DNA from: Nitrosomonas sp. | GTDB lineage: Bacteria > Pseudomonadota > Gammaproteobacteria > Burkholderiales > Nitrosomonadaceae | Direction: 5' to 3' | Assembly (NCBI GenBank): GCA_031316255.1 | Contig: JALDQW010000001.1 | Span: forward strand, 1,767,485-1,831,484 | Length of the DNA stretch: 64,000 nucleotides | The notes under the pieces: generated by a model | Seen by the model: only the letters and a program-made list of their open reading frames with translations | The model's database searches: none | Told to the model about the DNA's origin: nothing | Part shown: one piece after another, positions 44,988 through 55,424 of the stretch | How positions within the stretch are numbered: position 1 is the stretch's first letter | How the letters are laid out: each line of letters starts with the position of its first letter | Translations under genes and position numbers: made by a program

Positions 44988-44990
44988 TCA

Positions 44991-45929
44991 ATGAAATTTG
45001 CATTCGTTTTTCCCGGTCAGGGTTCGCAATCGGTCGGTATGATGGCCGGTTACGATGATTTACCGATCATACGTGATACATTTGTTGAGGCATCGGATGT
45101 TCTTGCACAGGATTTCTGGGCGTTGGTTAACGACGGACCTGTAGAAGACCTGAATCTGACAGTGAATACACAGCCGTTGATGTTAATGGGGGGAGTGGCT
45201 GTGTATCGTGCCTGGGAAGCCATGGGGGGTGAAAAACCTGCGCTTTTGGCGGGACACAGTCTGGGTGAATATACCGCACTGGTTGCGTCGGGTGCGTTAA
45301 GCTTTGCTGATGGACTTAAACTGGTTCGTTTTCGTGGACAGGTCATGCAACAGGCTGTACCGGAAGGTGTTGGCGGTATGGCCGCCATACTTGGATTGGA
45401 AGATGCGGCTGTAGAAACAGTATGCCAGGAGGTCGTGGCGTTAAACAATCAGGAATCTCTGGAGCCGGCCAACTTTAATTCGCCGGGGCAGGTGGTTATT
45501 GCAGGGCATAAGAATGCAGTTTTGAAAGGTATTGAACTGGCCAAGGAAAAAGGGGCCAAGCGCGCCGTAATGCTGCCAATGAGTATTCCGTCGCATTGTC
45601 AGCTCATGAAACCTGCGGCCGAGAAAATGCAGCAACAGCTCGAACAAGTGTCATTACGATCGCCGGATATTCCGATCCTGCATAATGTTGACGCAAAGTC
45701 GCACGATGATGTGGATTCGATTAAGGCTATTTTGACCAGGCAACTGTTCAGTCCCGTTCGTTGGGTCGATACGATAAAGGCTTTTGCAGCGGAAGGGATC
45801 ACACATAGTGTCGAGAGTGGTCCGGGAAACATTTTAACCGGGCTCAATAAACGTATTGATCGTAATTTGCAACATGTGTCGCTGACCAGCAGTGAGGCAA
45901 TCAGGCAGGCGGTGGCCAATTTCAAATAA
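44991..45929 (+). CDS. fabD: malonyl-CoA:ACP transacylase
   Basis: FPGQGSQ and GHSLGEY motifs. Confidence 0.97.
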   Translation: MKFAFVFPGQGSQSVGMMAGYDDLPIIRDTFVEASDVLAQDFWALVNDGPVEDLNLTVNTQPLMLMGGVAVYRAWEAMGGEKPALLAGHSLGEYTALVASGALSFADGLKLVRFRGQVMQQAVPEGVGGMAAILGLEDAAVETVCQEVVALNNQESLEPANFNSPGQVVIAGHKNAVLKGIELAKEKGAKRAVMLPMSIPSHCQLMKPAAEKMQQQLEQVSLRSPDIPILHNVDAKSHDDVDSIKAILTRQLFSPVRWVDTIKAFAAEGITHSVESGPGNILTGLNKRIDRNLQHVSLTSSEAIRQAVANFK

Positions 45930-45992
45930 CTGGATATGCAAGGAACAATGCCTACAGCTATCAGGCAGCGATAGGTGTAATGGAGGAACGAT

Positions 45993-46730
45993 TTGGAAAA
46001 TAAAGTAGCATTGGTGACAGGCGCCAGTCGGGGTATAGGACAGGCTATTGCACAGAAACTGGGGCAACATGGCGCTACTGTAATGGGTACTGCGACGACT
46101 CAAAATGGTGCGGAAGCGATCGGCCAGTATTTGCACAGTGCAGGGGTTCGCGGTATGGGTGTTGTTTTGAATGTCAATGATACTGATCAAATCAACAGTG
46201 CGTTTGAGACTATTCGCGAGAAATTCGGTGAAATTGAAATTCTGGTCAACAATGCAGGTATTACCCGTGATAATCTCCTGGTGCGGATGAAGGATGAGGA
46301 ATGGGACGATATCATGGAAACCAATCTTAAATCGGCTTTCCGACTAAGCAGGGCAGTACTTCGAGCCATGATGAAAGCACGTTATGGACGCATTATTAAT
46401 ATTTCTTCTGTTGTCGGTTCTATTGGAAATATAGGACAGACAAATTATGCTGCTGCCAAAGCGGGCATATTCGGTTTCAGTAAATCATTGGCGCGCGAAG
46501 TGGGAAGCCGTAATATCACGGTAAATTGTATTGCGCCGGGATTCATTGATACAGACATGACCCGTGCGCTCAGTGAAGCGCAACAACAAAGCCTGATCCA
46601 GCATGTGCCTTTGGGACGGCTGGGGCAATCGGAAGAGGTTGCTGCAGCGGTGGCTTTTCTTGCATCGTCTGCGGCGGGCTATATTACCGGTTCTACACTG
46701 CATGTGAATGGTGGTATGTATATGGATTAA
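45993..46730 (+). CDS. fabG: 3-oxoacyl-ACP reductase
   Basis: TGASRGIG, NNAGITRD and YAAAK motifs. Confidence 0.97.
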   Translation: MENKVALVTGASRGIGQAIAQKLGQHGATVMGTATTQNGAEAIGQYLHSAGVRGMGVVLNVNDTDQINSAFETIREKFGEIEILVNNAGITRDNLLVRMKDEEWDDIMETNLKSAFRLSRAVLRAMMKARYGRIINISSVVGSIGNIGQTNYAAAKAGIFGFSKSLAREVGSRNITVNCIAPGFIDTDMTRALSEAQQQSLIQHVPLGRLGQSEEVAAAVAFLASSAAGYITGSTLHVNGGMYMD

Positions 46731-46891
46731 CAGGTTGTATGAATAATGATTGCAGGTATTTGTTTTTTAGTAATATTCCTGTAATATTTTTTTCTGCTGC
46801 AGGTATTGTTTCAGTTTATTTTCTTGTTTTGCAGAATTTTAAAATTTGTTAAAATACGAGATCTATTTCTTACTTAGAAGGAAGCATTTAA

Positions 46892-47131
46892 ATGGAAAAC
46901 ATAGAACAGCGCATAAAAAAAATCGTAGCTGAGCAACTTGGTGTAAAAGAAGAGGAAGTAAAAAACGAATCATCATTTGTGAACGATTTGGGTGCAGATT
47001 CACTGGATACAGTGGAACTCGTGATGGCGCTAGAAGAAGAATTTGAATGCGAGATTCCAGACGAGCAGGCCGAAAAAATCAATACCGTCCAGGAAGCGAT
47101 TGACTATGTCAGTGAGAACGCAAGCAATTAA
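46892..47131 (+). CDS. acpP: acyl carrier protein
   Basis: [14 protein letters not shown] motif. Confidence 0.98.
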   Translation: MENIEQRIKKIVAEQLGVKEEEVKNESSFVNDLGADSLDTVELVMALEEEFECEIPDEQAEKINTVQEAIDYVSENASN

Positions 47132-47159
47132 TTATATTACGTAATTCAACGGAGTCATT

Positions 47160-48401
47160 TTGTCCAAACGCAGGGTGGTTGTTACCGGGATGGGAATTGT
47201 CTCACCCGTTGGAAACACAATTTCAGGAGCATGGGAAAATATCGTGGCCGGCAAGTCCGGTATTTCCCGCATTACCCGTTTTGATGCATCAGCTTTTGCT
47301 TCTCAGATTGCCGGAGAGGTGGATGATTTTGATATCAGTGAATATCTTCCATCCAAAGAGGCGCGCCGGATGGATATTTTTATCCACTACGGTATGGCTG
47401 CAGCAACCCAATCAATCAAGGATGCGGGTATAGAAGATATATCCGAGCTGGAAGCCGAACGCATCGGTGTGAATATCGGTTCGGGCATTGGCGGTCTGCC
47501 GATGATTGAACATATGGATGAAGCCTATCATAAGGGTGGACCCCGAAAAATTTCGCCTTTTTTCATTCCGAGTACGATTATCAACATGATTTCGGGAAAT
47601 CTATCCATAAAGTATGGGTATAAGGGCCCTAACATTGCAATCGTGACCGCATGCACGACAGCGACGCATAGTATCGGAAGTTCGGCACGGATGATTGAAT
47701 ATGACGATGCGGATATCATGATTTGTGGCGGCGCCGAGTCCTGTGTTACACCTTTGGCGATTGGGGGTTTTGCAGCTGCCAAGGCATTGTCGGTGAGTAA
47801 TGATAATCCCGAGGCGGCGAGTCGGCCGTGGGATCAGGCGCGCGATGGTTTTGTGTTGGGCGAAGGTGCCGGCGTGCTGGTACTGGAAGAATTGGAGCAT
47901 GCCAAACGCAGGGGTGCGACCATTTATGCCGAGTTGGCCGGTTTCGGCATGAGTGCAGATGCTTATCATATGACTGCACCGAGTGAAGATGGTGAAGGTG
48001 CTGCGCGTTGCATGATAAATGCGCTTAAAAATTCAAAGATTGATCTATCAGAAGTTGACTATGTCAATGCGCATGGCACATCAACACCTTTAGGTGATAT
48101 TGCAGAGACCATTGCAGTAAAACGGTGTTTTGGTGAACATGCCAAGAAACTTGCTGTAAATTCAACAAAATCAATGACTGGACATCTGCTGGGTGCGGCA
48201 GGCGGTATTGAAGCCATTTTTTCTGCGTTGGCTATTTATCATCAAATTTCTCCACCGACAATCAATCTGGATAATCAGGATCCACAGTGTGACCTTGATT
48301 ATGTCCCCAACGAAGCACGAAGAATGAATATTAATGTTGCATTGTCTAATTCCTTTGGATTTGGTGGCACCAATGGAACGCTAGTATTTCGAAAAATGTA
48401 A
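47160..48401 (+). CDS. fabF: beta-ketoacyl-ACP synthase II
   Basis: [20 protein letters not shown] and NSFGFGG motifs. Confidence 0.97.
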   Translation: MSKRRVVVTGMGIVSPVGNTISGAWENIVAGKSGISRITRFDASAFASQIAGEVDDFDISEYLPSKEARRMDIFIHYGMAAATQSIKDAGIEDISELEAERIGVNIGSGIGGLPMIEHMDEAYHKGGPRKISPFFIPSTIINMISGNLSIKYGYKGPNIAIVTACTTATHSIGSSARMIEYDDADIMICGGAESCVTPLAIGGFAAAKALSVSNDNPEAASRPWDQARDGFVLGEGAGVLVLEELEHAKRRGATIYAELAGFGMSADAYHMTAPSEDGEGAARCMINALKNSKIDLSEVDYVNAHGTSTPLGDIAETIAVKRCFGEHAKKLAVNSTKSMTGHLLGAAGGIEAIFSALAIYHQISPPTINLDNQDPQCDLDYVPNEARRMNINVALSNSFGFGGTNGTLVFRKM

Positions 48402-48419
48402 CGTTTAATTTGATGGCGC

Positions 48420-49427
48420 ATGCGTACGCTTAAACGCCTTTTCATTATTTTTTTAAGTTTCCTTCTTGTAGCCACTCTGATCTCGGGGTGGCTTTATCAT
48501 CATTATCATCGCGATATCGTACTGCCAGAAATTCCCTATGAATTCTCGATTGATTCCGGTAGCAACCTGAAACAGATTGCCCGGAAATTGCATGATGCAG
48601 GCATTCTTCCCGATCAATGGTCTTTTATACTGCTGGCGCGCTACCAAGGTAAAGAGTCGGCAATCAAAGCCGGTGACTATTGGCTGACCGAAAATCTTTC
48701 ACAAATTGCATTGCTGGACTATTTGATCAAGGGCGATATCCGACAGAATAAAGTCATGTTTGTGGAAGGTTGGACTTTTTCCCAATTCAGAACGGCATTG
48801 TATGATCATCCGGATATACGAAATACAACCGCCGATCTGAGTGATGCGGAAATCATGCAACTACTCGGTGCCAACGAAGAATTTGCCGAAGGCATGTTTT
48901 TCCCTGATACCTATTATTTTGTCAAAAACAGTACGGATATTGAAATTCTGCAGCGTGCCTATCAAACCATGCAGAACCATCTACAAGCAGCCTGGTTGGA
49001 ACGCATGGATTCTCTGCCGCTGAAGTCGCCATACGAGGCGCTTATTCTGGCATCCATCGTTGAGAAAGAAACCGGCTTGGAAAGCGATCGTGCGGAGATT
49101 GCCGGCGTTTTTATCAATCGTTTGCGTATCGGTATGCGGTTGCAAACGGATCCGACCGTAATTTACGGTCTCGGTGATCAATTCGACGGTAATTTGCGCA
49201 AAAAAGATCTGCAAACAGACCATGCTTTTAATACCTATACCCGGGGAGGGCTGCCACCGACTCCGATTGCCATGCCGGGACTTGCATCGATATATGCAGC
49301 TGTAAATCCCGCCACGACAGATGCACTTTATTTTGTGGCGAAAGGCAACGGAGAGTCAAAATTTTCTACTAATCTGGCAGACCATAACCGTGCAGTAAAC
49401 AAATATCAGAGACGGCGAAATAATTAA
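48420..49427 (+). CDS. mltG: endolytic transglycosylase MltG
   Basis: EGMFFPDTY, LASIVEKE, LQTDPTVIYG and PPTPIA motifs. Confidence 0.95.
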   Translation: MRTLKRLFIIFLSFLLVATLISGWLYHHYHRDIVLPEIPYEFSIDSGSNLKQIARKLHDAGILPDQWSFILLARYQGKESAIKAGDYWLTENLSQIALLDYLIKGDIRQNKVMFVEGWTFSQFRTALYDHPDIRNTTADLSDAEIMQLLGANEEFAEGMFFPDTYYFVKNSTDIEILQRAYQTMQNHLQAAWLERMDSLPLKSPYEALILASIVEKETGLESDRAEIAGVFINRLRIGMRLQTDPTVIYGLGDQFDGNLRKKDLQTDHAFNTYTRGGLPPTPIAMPGLASIYAAVNPATTDALYFVAKGNGESKFSTNLADHNRAVNKYQRRRNN

Positions 49428-49467
49428 TCATGGTGTTAAAACAAAAATTAGCATTTTGTGGCGCTGC

Positions 49468-52065
49468 ATGACACAGTTTTCAATCGTAGTACCCACACTG
49501 AACGAATCAGAAAATATTGATTTATTGTTAACCCGGCTTTTCGCACTGAATATTCCATCGGACAATTTTGAAGTCATTTTTGTCGACGACAGTTCAAGCG
49601 ACGGCACGCCTGACAAAATTCGCGCCTGGCAGAAGTATTCTAATATCCAACTGATCGAGAGGACCGGAAAACCGGATTTAACCACTTCCATTTTGACCGG
49701 TGCAGATGTGGCACGCAGCGATGTGATTGTAGTCATGGATGCCGATCTCAGTCATCCGCATGAACAATTAAATGCCCTAGTGACGCCCATACTGCAAGAC
49801 GGCTACGATGTGGTTATCGGCAGCCGTTATATCAACGGCGGCAACACGCATAACTGGCCAGTTTATAGGCAACTGTTGTCGCGAATGGGGGGCTGGTTAG
49901 CGCGCCCGTTTTGCGATGTCAGTGACGCAACATCCGGTTTTTTTGCATTTCGCAAGGAATTGGCGGCAACTGTTTCCAAACAGGCTCATGGTTACAAAAT
50001 TTTGCTCGAAATCTTGATGGCTAATGATGGCAATTTGCGCATCAAGGAAATACCGATCTGCTTTCGCGACCGTGTGCGTGGGACTTCAAAGCTATCGTTT
50101 TCTCATCAACTGGCTTATATGCAGCGCCTGATGACATTGGCGGGTGGTGCGGTAACCCGGCGTACAGCCGGACGTTTTGCGCTCGTCGGATTGCTGGGTG
50201 TAATGGTGGATATCCTTGTTTTCAAGTGGATGATTGATCATGAAGCCGGGCTTGCACTGGCGCATTTTGTCAGTTTTTTTGTTGCTGTGAGTGTGAATTA
50301 TACGTTGAATGCAACCTGGGCATTCCGCCAGCAGCATGCCAGTTATCTACAATGGCACCGGTTCGGCCGTTTCTTAACGGTGGGCGTGCTTGCGCTTTTG
50401 TTGCGTGGCGGGGTACTGGCTTTGTTCGTTTATATTGGACATTTGCCGCCTTCACTCGCTATATTTCCCGCAATTATGACAACCGCGCTTGTTAATTATC
50501 TGGGTTCCGCTTTTTATGTTTTTCCGGACGAAAAGTATCGACCGTCACTCAATATACGCTGGCGGGTCGCAGCGATAGGCGTTGTTTCATTTTGTATCGT
50601 ACTGCGTTTGATTTATCTGGGGCTTGCGCAATTGATTCCTGATGAAGCCTATTATTGGCAATATGCGCAACATATGGATTTGAGTTTTTATGATCATCCG
50701 CCCATGGTTGCGTGGCTGATCTGGCTGGGCACAGCGGTGCTGGGCGATAACGAGGCCGGCGTGCGTGCGGGTGCATTTGTGTGCAATCTGATCGCTCTGG
50801 GTTTTCTGTATGCTTACGCGCAGAACTTGTACGACAAGTCTACTGCAATGCGGGCGGTATTGCTGTTTTCCGTGTTACCGCTGGGATTTCTGTCCGGTTT
50901 CATAATGACACCGGATGCGCCGTTGGCTGCGACATGGATAGCAACGCTTTATTTTATGGAGCGAGCGTTGGTTGCGGGTCAGCGATCTGCATGGCTGGGG
51001 ATGGGCATTGCATTTGGCCTGGGTTTATTGTCAAAGTATACGCTGGCTTTGCTCGGTTTGGCGGCGTTGTGTTATGTTTTGATCGATCCGGTCGCGCGTC
51101 GCTGGCTGGTTCGTCCGCATCCTTATCTCGCAGCTATTCTTGCATTGCTTATTTTTTCGCCAGTACTGATCTGGAATTTTCAGCATGAGTGGACCTCCTT
51201 TATGTTCCAGACAACTCGGCATGTGGCAGATCAAAGTCAGTTTTCAGTGCATTATTTTATGGTTTATATCATGATCCTGCTGACGCCCATAGGTTTCTTA
51301 GCCGCCATACTGGCGTTGCGCTCAAGCGGTTTTAAGGATGATGATGCGGTAAAACACATGTTGCCAGCAAGAAAACAGTTGTTTGTTCAGATTCTTACCG
51401 GCGTTCCGCTTTTTATTTTCTTCATTTTCAGTATTTTTGATCATCCGAAATTTCACTGGACCGGACCTGTCTGGTTTGCGGTACTGCCTTCTGTTGCAGC
51501 AATGATGGGTTATGCAACCAGCTCGGGCAAGTTGTCGGAATGGTTGCAGAAAACATGGCGGATTACTATTGCAGCTTGCTTGTTTGTCTATGCATTTGCC
51601 CTGCATTATCTTGTGCTGGGCATACCTGGATTACCGTATCACTTTTTTACCGAGCATTATTTCTGGCGCGAAACAACACTCGAAGTCGAGAAAATTGCTG
51701 AAGAAGTCAGGCAACAGACACAACAGGAGCCTATTATCGTCGGGATGAGCAAATGGTCGGTAGCCAGCAGTTTGTATTTTTATAACCATGCGCGCGGCAA
51801 TCTGGATATTCGTTCGCGTAATTTATTTGGCGATAGTGGTGCGATGTATAACCTCTGGTTTCCATCGCAGCCACCTACCAATCGGCCAATTATCCAGATC
51901 GGTATGAAAGCGATTCAAATTGAGCGGATCAGGGACGGCGATAATTTGAAGCAAATGCTTGTTCAGCCAGGCGAAATTAAATATCGAATGATCCAGAGGG
52001 ATGGTATATTACTGAGGCGTGTGTATTATCGTATTTCAAAAGGGTTTGGCGGAATACCGATTTGA
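49468..52065 (+). CDS. GT2 polyprenol-phosphate sugar synthase - GtrA - GT-C (ArnT/PMT_2-like) fusion
   Basis: VVPTLNE, VDDSSSDGT and VMDADLSH (GT2); RFALVG...NYTLN (GtrA); DEAYYW, DHPPMVAW and LLSKYT (GT-C). Confidence 0.88.
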   Translation: MTQFSIVVPTLNESENIDLLLTRLFALNIPSDNFEVIFVDDSSSDGTPDKIRAWQKYSNIQLIERTGKPDLTTSILTGADVARSDVIVVMDADLSHPHEQLNALVTPILQDGYDVVIGSRYINGGNTHNWPVYRQLLSRMGGWLARPFCDVSDATSGFFAFRKELAATVSKQAHGYKILLEILMANDGNLRIKEIPICFRDRVRGTSKLSFSHQLAYMQRLMTLAGGAVTRRTAGRFALVGLLGVMVDILVFKWMIDHEAGLALAHFVSFFVAVSVNYTLNATWAFRQQHASYLQWHRFGRFLTVGVLALLLRGGVLALFVYIGHLPPSLAIFPAIMTTALVNYLGSAFYVFPDEKYRPSLNIRWRVAAIGVVSFCIVLRLIYLGLAQLIPDEAYYWQYAQHMDLSFYDHPPMVAWLIWLGTAVLGDNEAGVRAGAFVCNLIALGFLYAYAQNLYDKSTAMRAVLLFSVLPLGFLSGFIMTPDAPLAATWIATLYFMERALVAGQRSAWLGMGIAFGLGLLSKYTLALLGLAALCYVLIDPVARRWLVRPHPYLAAILALLIFSPVLIWNFQHEWTSFMFQTTRHVADQSQFSVHYFMVYIMILLTPIGFLAAILALRSSGFKDDDAVKHMLPARKQLFVQILTGVPLFIFFIFSIFDHPKFHWTGPVWFAVLPSVAAMMGYATSSGKLSEWLQKTWRITIAACLFVYAFALHYLVLGIPGLPYHFFTEHYFWRETTLEVEKIAEEVRQQTQQEPIIVGMSKWSVASSLYFYNHARGNLDIRSRNLFGDSGAMYNLWFPSQPPTNRPIIQIGMKAIQIERIRDGDNLKQMLVQPGEIKYRMIQRDGILLRRVYYRISKGFGGIPI

Positions 52066-52179
52066 AACAATAAGAATTTTGAGCAGGGTAGATTTTCTTT
52101 TCTTAATGCAGTGAATTGATCTACCGTTAAGTTACTTACCCATATTGGCCTAAAGAAGTAAACCAGAATTCGATATACG

Positions 52180-54249
52180 ATGTTTTTCAAAACACAAATT
52201 TTTCTATTACTGCTTTTTCTGATGTTGACTCGAAGTCTGGCCGCAGCGAACAGCACGGATGCGCATGTAACGAAAGATCAAGATATTTTCGCAATGAGCC
52301 TCGAGGAATTAATGAATGTCGAGGTGGTCAGCGTATCAAAAAGATCGCAGCGCTTGAGCGAAGTTCCTTCTGCGGTTTTTGTTATTTCTGGCGAGGACAT
52401 TCGTCGTTCGGGTGCGACAAGTATACCTGAAGCGTTGCGCATGGCGCCGGGTGTACAGGTTGCGAGAATAGGAACAGATAAGTGGTCTATCAGTATTCGT
52501 GGTTTTAACGGCCGTTTTTCCAATAAGCTGTTGGTTCTTATGGATGGGCGCAGCGTCTATACACCGCTGTCTTCGGGCGTCATTTGGAGTCAGCAGGATA
52601 CATTCATTGAAGATATAGACCGAATAGAGGTTGTCCGTGGCCCGGCTGCGACGCTGTGGGGTGTCAATGCAGTCAATGGCGTCATTAATATTATCACCAA
52701 GAAGGCTGAGCAAACGCAGGGCGCACTGTTTACAGCCGGCGGCGGCAGCTTTGAACAGGGTTTTGTCGGCGCGCGTTATGGCGGGAAAATCAATGAAGAT
52801 ACCCCTTTTCGTGTTTATGCCAAAGGATTTATCCGGGACCATACCACAACACTGTCGGGTGCCAGCGCAAATGATAACTGGCATTCCGCAAGGGCAGGTT
52901 TTCGTGTGGATCATGTGCGTGGTAACGATGATTTCACCCTGCAGGGTGATATGTTTGTCAATGGTATTACTGATACTGTGATACCCCCCGTTTTATTACA
53001 ATCGAATTCTAACCCGCATATCATAAATCGCAATGAGACCGGCGGTAATATTCGCTTGCGCTGGGATCGCAGTATTTCCGAGCGGTCCTCGATGATGCTG
53101 CAAACATATTATGACCGTGTGAGTAATCAACTTGCGCCTCAGGCCAAATACGTTGAAAGTTTTGATACCGAATTTCAGCATCGGTTTCCGTTGTTTGACA
53201 GACATGATCTGACCTGGGGGGTGAATTATCGTTTATTCAGTACGAATGCGCGCGATACATTGTTCACTACTTTTGTTCCCCGACAAGCGTCGAACTATTT
53301 TGTCAGCGGTTTTATTCGTGATGAAATCAGCGTGTTGCCGGACAAACTGAAGTTCTCGCTGGGCGTGCGTCTGGGTTATAACAATTTTAGCGGTGTCGAG
53401 GTGCAGCCGAATGCGCGTATTATGTGGACGCCGGATACCCGGAACTCAGTCTGGGCCTCAATATCACGTGCTGTTCGCACGCCTTCTCGCGGAGAACATG
53501 ATGTGATAATTAATAACGGTGTTATCCCGCCTCAGCCCGATTTGACGGGCTCTTCGTTACCCATAATGCAAGCCATTCTTGGGTCGAATCGTTTTGGCTC
53601 TGAGAAGCTGATTGCCTACGAACTCGGTTATCGTCATCAATTTAACACGCATGCGTCTATAGATATCGCCGGTTTTTATAATGACTACAGCGATTTGCGC
53701 GACTTTGAAGTGGGTATGATCAGGACGGTCGCTGGAGCGCATCGCGATCTGATTCTTACGTTACTCCAGCAAGAGCATTTAATGCTGCCGGTATTTTTTA
53801 ATAATCAGGGCTCTGCTCAGTCTTATGGCGCAGAAGTATCCATCGATTGGCGGCCTCATGAGCGATGGCGCTTGCAGGGGAATTACAGCTATCTGGAGAT
53901 CGATACAAAATCAAATCCCGCCTTTGTTGAAATTGATGCTTCTACCGGCGGAGCGGGTAAAGCGAACCCGCGCCATCAAATGTCTCTGAGATCAAACTTT
54001 GATTTGTCCGAAAGGCTTCAGTTTAACCTCTGGCTGCGTTATGTGGATGATTTGCCTTTTTATAATATTTCAAATTATATAACCATGGATGCCAAAATGA
54101 GCTGGAAGCCGGTAAAAAATGTCGAATTTTTTCTCGTAGGACAAAATTTGTTCAGTGAGAATCACCGGGAATCGCAATCAGACTTTATTAATACCGTTGC
54201 ATCACGCATTCCAAGAGGAATTTATACGGGGGTACGCTGGGATTTCTAG
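52180..54249 (+). CDS. TonB-dependent receptor, paralog of 22140-24164
   Basis: MSLEELMNVEV, DIRRSGATSIPEAL and IDRIEVVRGP..LWGVNAVNGVINIITK; C-terminal WDF. Confidence 0.93.
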   Translation: MFFKTQIFLLLLFLMLTRSLAAANSTDAHVTKDQDIFAMSLEELMNVEVVSVSKRSQRLSEVPSAVFVISGEDIRRSGATSIPEALRMAPGVQVARIGTDKWSISIRGFNGRFSNKLLVLMDGRSVYTPLSSGVIWSQQDTFIEDIDRIEVVRGPAATLWGVNAVNGVINIITKKAEQTQGALFTAGGGSFEQGFVGARYGGKINEDTPFRVYAKGFIRDHTTTLSGASANDNWHSARAGFRVDHVRGNDDFTLQGDMFVNGITDTVIPPVLLQSNSNPHIINRNETGGNIRLRWDRSISERSSMMLQTYYDRVSNQLAPQAKYVESFDTEFQHRFPLFDRHDLTWGVNYRLFSTNARDTLFTTFVPRQASNYFVSGFIRDEISVLPDKLKFSLGVRLGYNNFSGVEVQPNARIMWTPDTRNSVWASISRAVRTPSRGEHDVIINNGVIPPQPDLTGSSLPIMQAILGSNRFGSEKLIAYELGYRHQFNTHASIDIAGFYNDYSDLRDFEVGMIRTVAGAHRDLILTLLQQEHLMLPVFFNNQGSAQSYGAEVSIDWRPHERWRLQGNYSYLEIDTKSNPAFVEIDASTGGAGKANPRHQMSLRSNFDLSERLQFNLWLRYVDDLPFYNISNYITMDAKMSWKPVKNVEFFLVGQNLFSENHRESQSDFINTVASRIPRGIYTGVRWDF

Positions 54250-54482
54250 TTCCGGTAATGATTTTTTTCTGTAAGACCGGTTATCAAGCTCTGTTAATGC
54301 AATCTCTGTATTCAGCCGGAAAAATCCATAATACGCTTTTGCCCGTAGGAGTCAATGCTATACATTGACTGCTTTATGTCCGTTTCCTTATCCCTGAAAA
54401 AGCCATCAATCTTTCGCGCTTCATGTAAAACCCTGTAAAATTCGGCTATTCTGTCATTATTGGAGTTGCTGCAGGTTTTTTC

Positions 54483-55424
54483 ATGAAGAAACATACTTTC
54501 CAGGAAATTATTTTTTCCTTGCAACAATACTGGGCCCGTCAAGGGTGTGCCATTCTTCAGCCCTATGACATGGAGGTTGGGGCGGGTACCAGCCATACCG
54601 CTACTTTTTTACGCGCGATCGGGCCGGAGCCATGGAAAGCGGCGTATGTCCAACCTTCGCGCCGTCCAAAGGATGGCCGTTATGGCGATAATCCCAACCG
54701 GTTGCAGCATTATTATCAGTTTCAGGTTGTATTCAAACCCGCGCCAAAAAACATCCTGGATTTGTATTTTGATTCATTGCGTGAACTCGGCTTCGATTTG
54801 CAGCAAAACGATGTACGCCTGGTTGAGGATGACTGGGAAAATCCGACACTGGGTGCCTGGGGATTGGGATGGGAAGCCTGGCTCAATGGCATGGAGGTTA
54901 CTCAGTTTACGTATTTTCAGCAGGTCGGCGGTATCAACTGCAAACCGATTACCGGTGAAATTACTTACGGTCTGGAACGCCTGGCCATGTATTTGCAGGG
55001 TGTGGAGAATGTGTTCGACCTTGTATGGACAGAGGGACTGACTTACCGGGATGTCTATCACCAGAATGAGGTGGAACAGTCAATCTATAATTTTGAGCAG
55101 AGTGATTCTGACTATTTATTCCATGCATTCGCCAGTCATGAAACACAGGCTGAAAATTTGATCGAGCGCAAACTGGCGCTGCCTGCTTATGAACAGGTGC
55201 TTAAAGCCGCGCATACGTTTAACCTGCTTGATGCGCGCGGTGCAATTTCCGTCACTGAACGCGCTGCCTATATCGGCCGCATCCGCAACTTGTCGCGCAA
55301 TGTGGCGCAGGCCTACTATGCCAGCCGGGAGAATCTTGATCCGCCGTTTCCAATGGCGCCACGTGAATGGGTCGCCCAAATGCCAAAATCCAGACCATCC
55401 ACGGAATCGGTTGAGACAGCATGA
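54483..55424 (+). CDS. glyQ: glycyl-tRNA synthetase alpha subunit
   Basis: [26 protein letters not shown] and ITYGLERL motifs. Confidence 0.98.
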   Translation: MKKHTFQEIIFSLQQYWARQGCAILQPYDMEVGAGTSHTATFLRAIGPEPWKAAYVQPSRRPKDGRYGDNPNRLQHYYQFQVVFKPAPKNILDLYFDSLRELGFDLQQNDVRLVEDDWENPTLGAWGLGWEAWLNGMEVTQFTYFQQVGGINCKPITGEITYGLERLAMYLQGVENVFDLVWTEGLTYRDVYHQNEVEQSIYNFEQSDSDYLFHAFASHETQAENLIERKLALPAYEQVLKAAHTFNLLDARGAISVTERAAYIGRIRNLSRNVAQAYYASRENLDPPFPMAPREWVAQMPKSRPSTESVETA

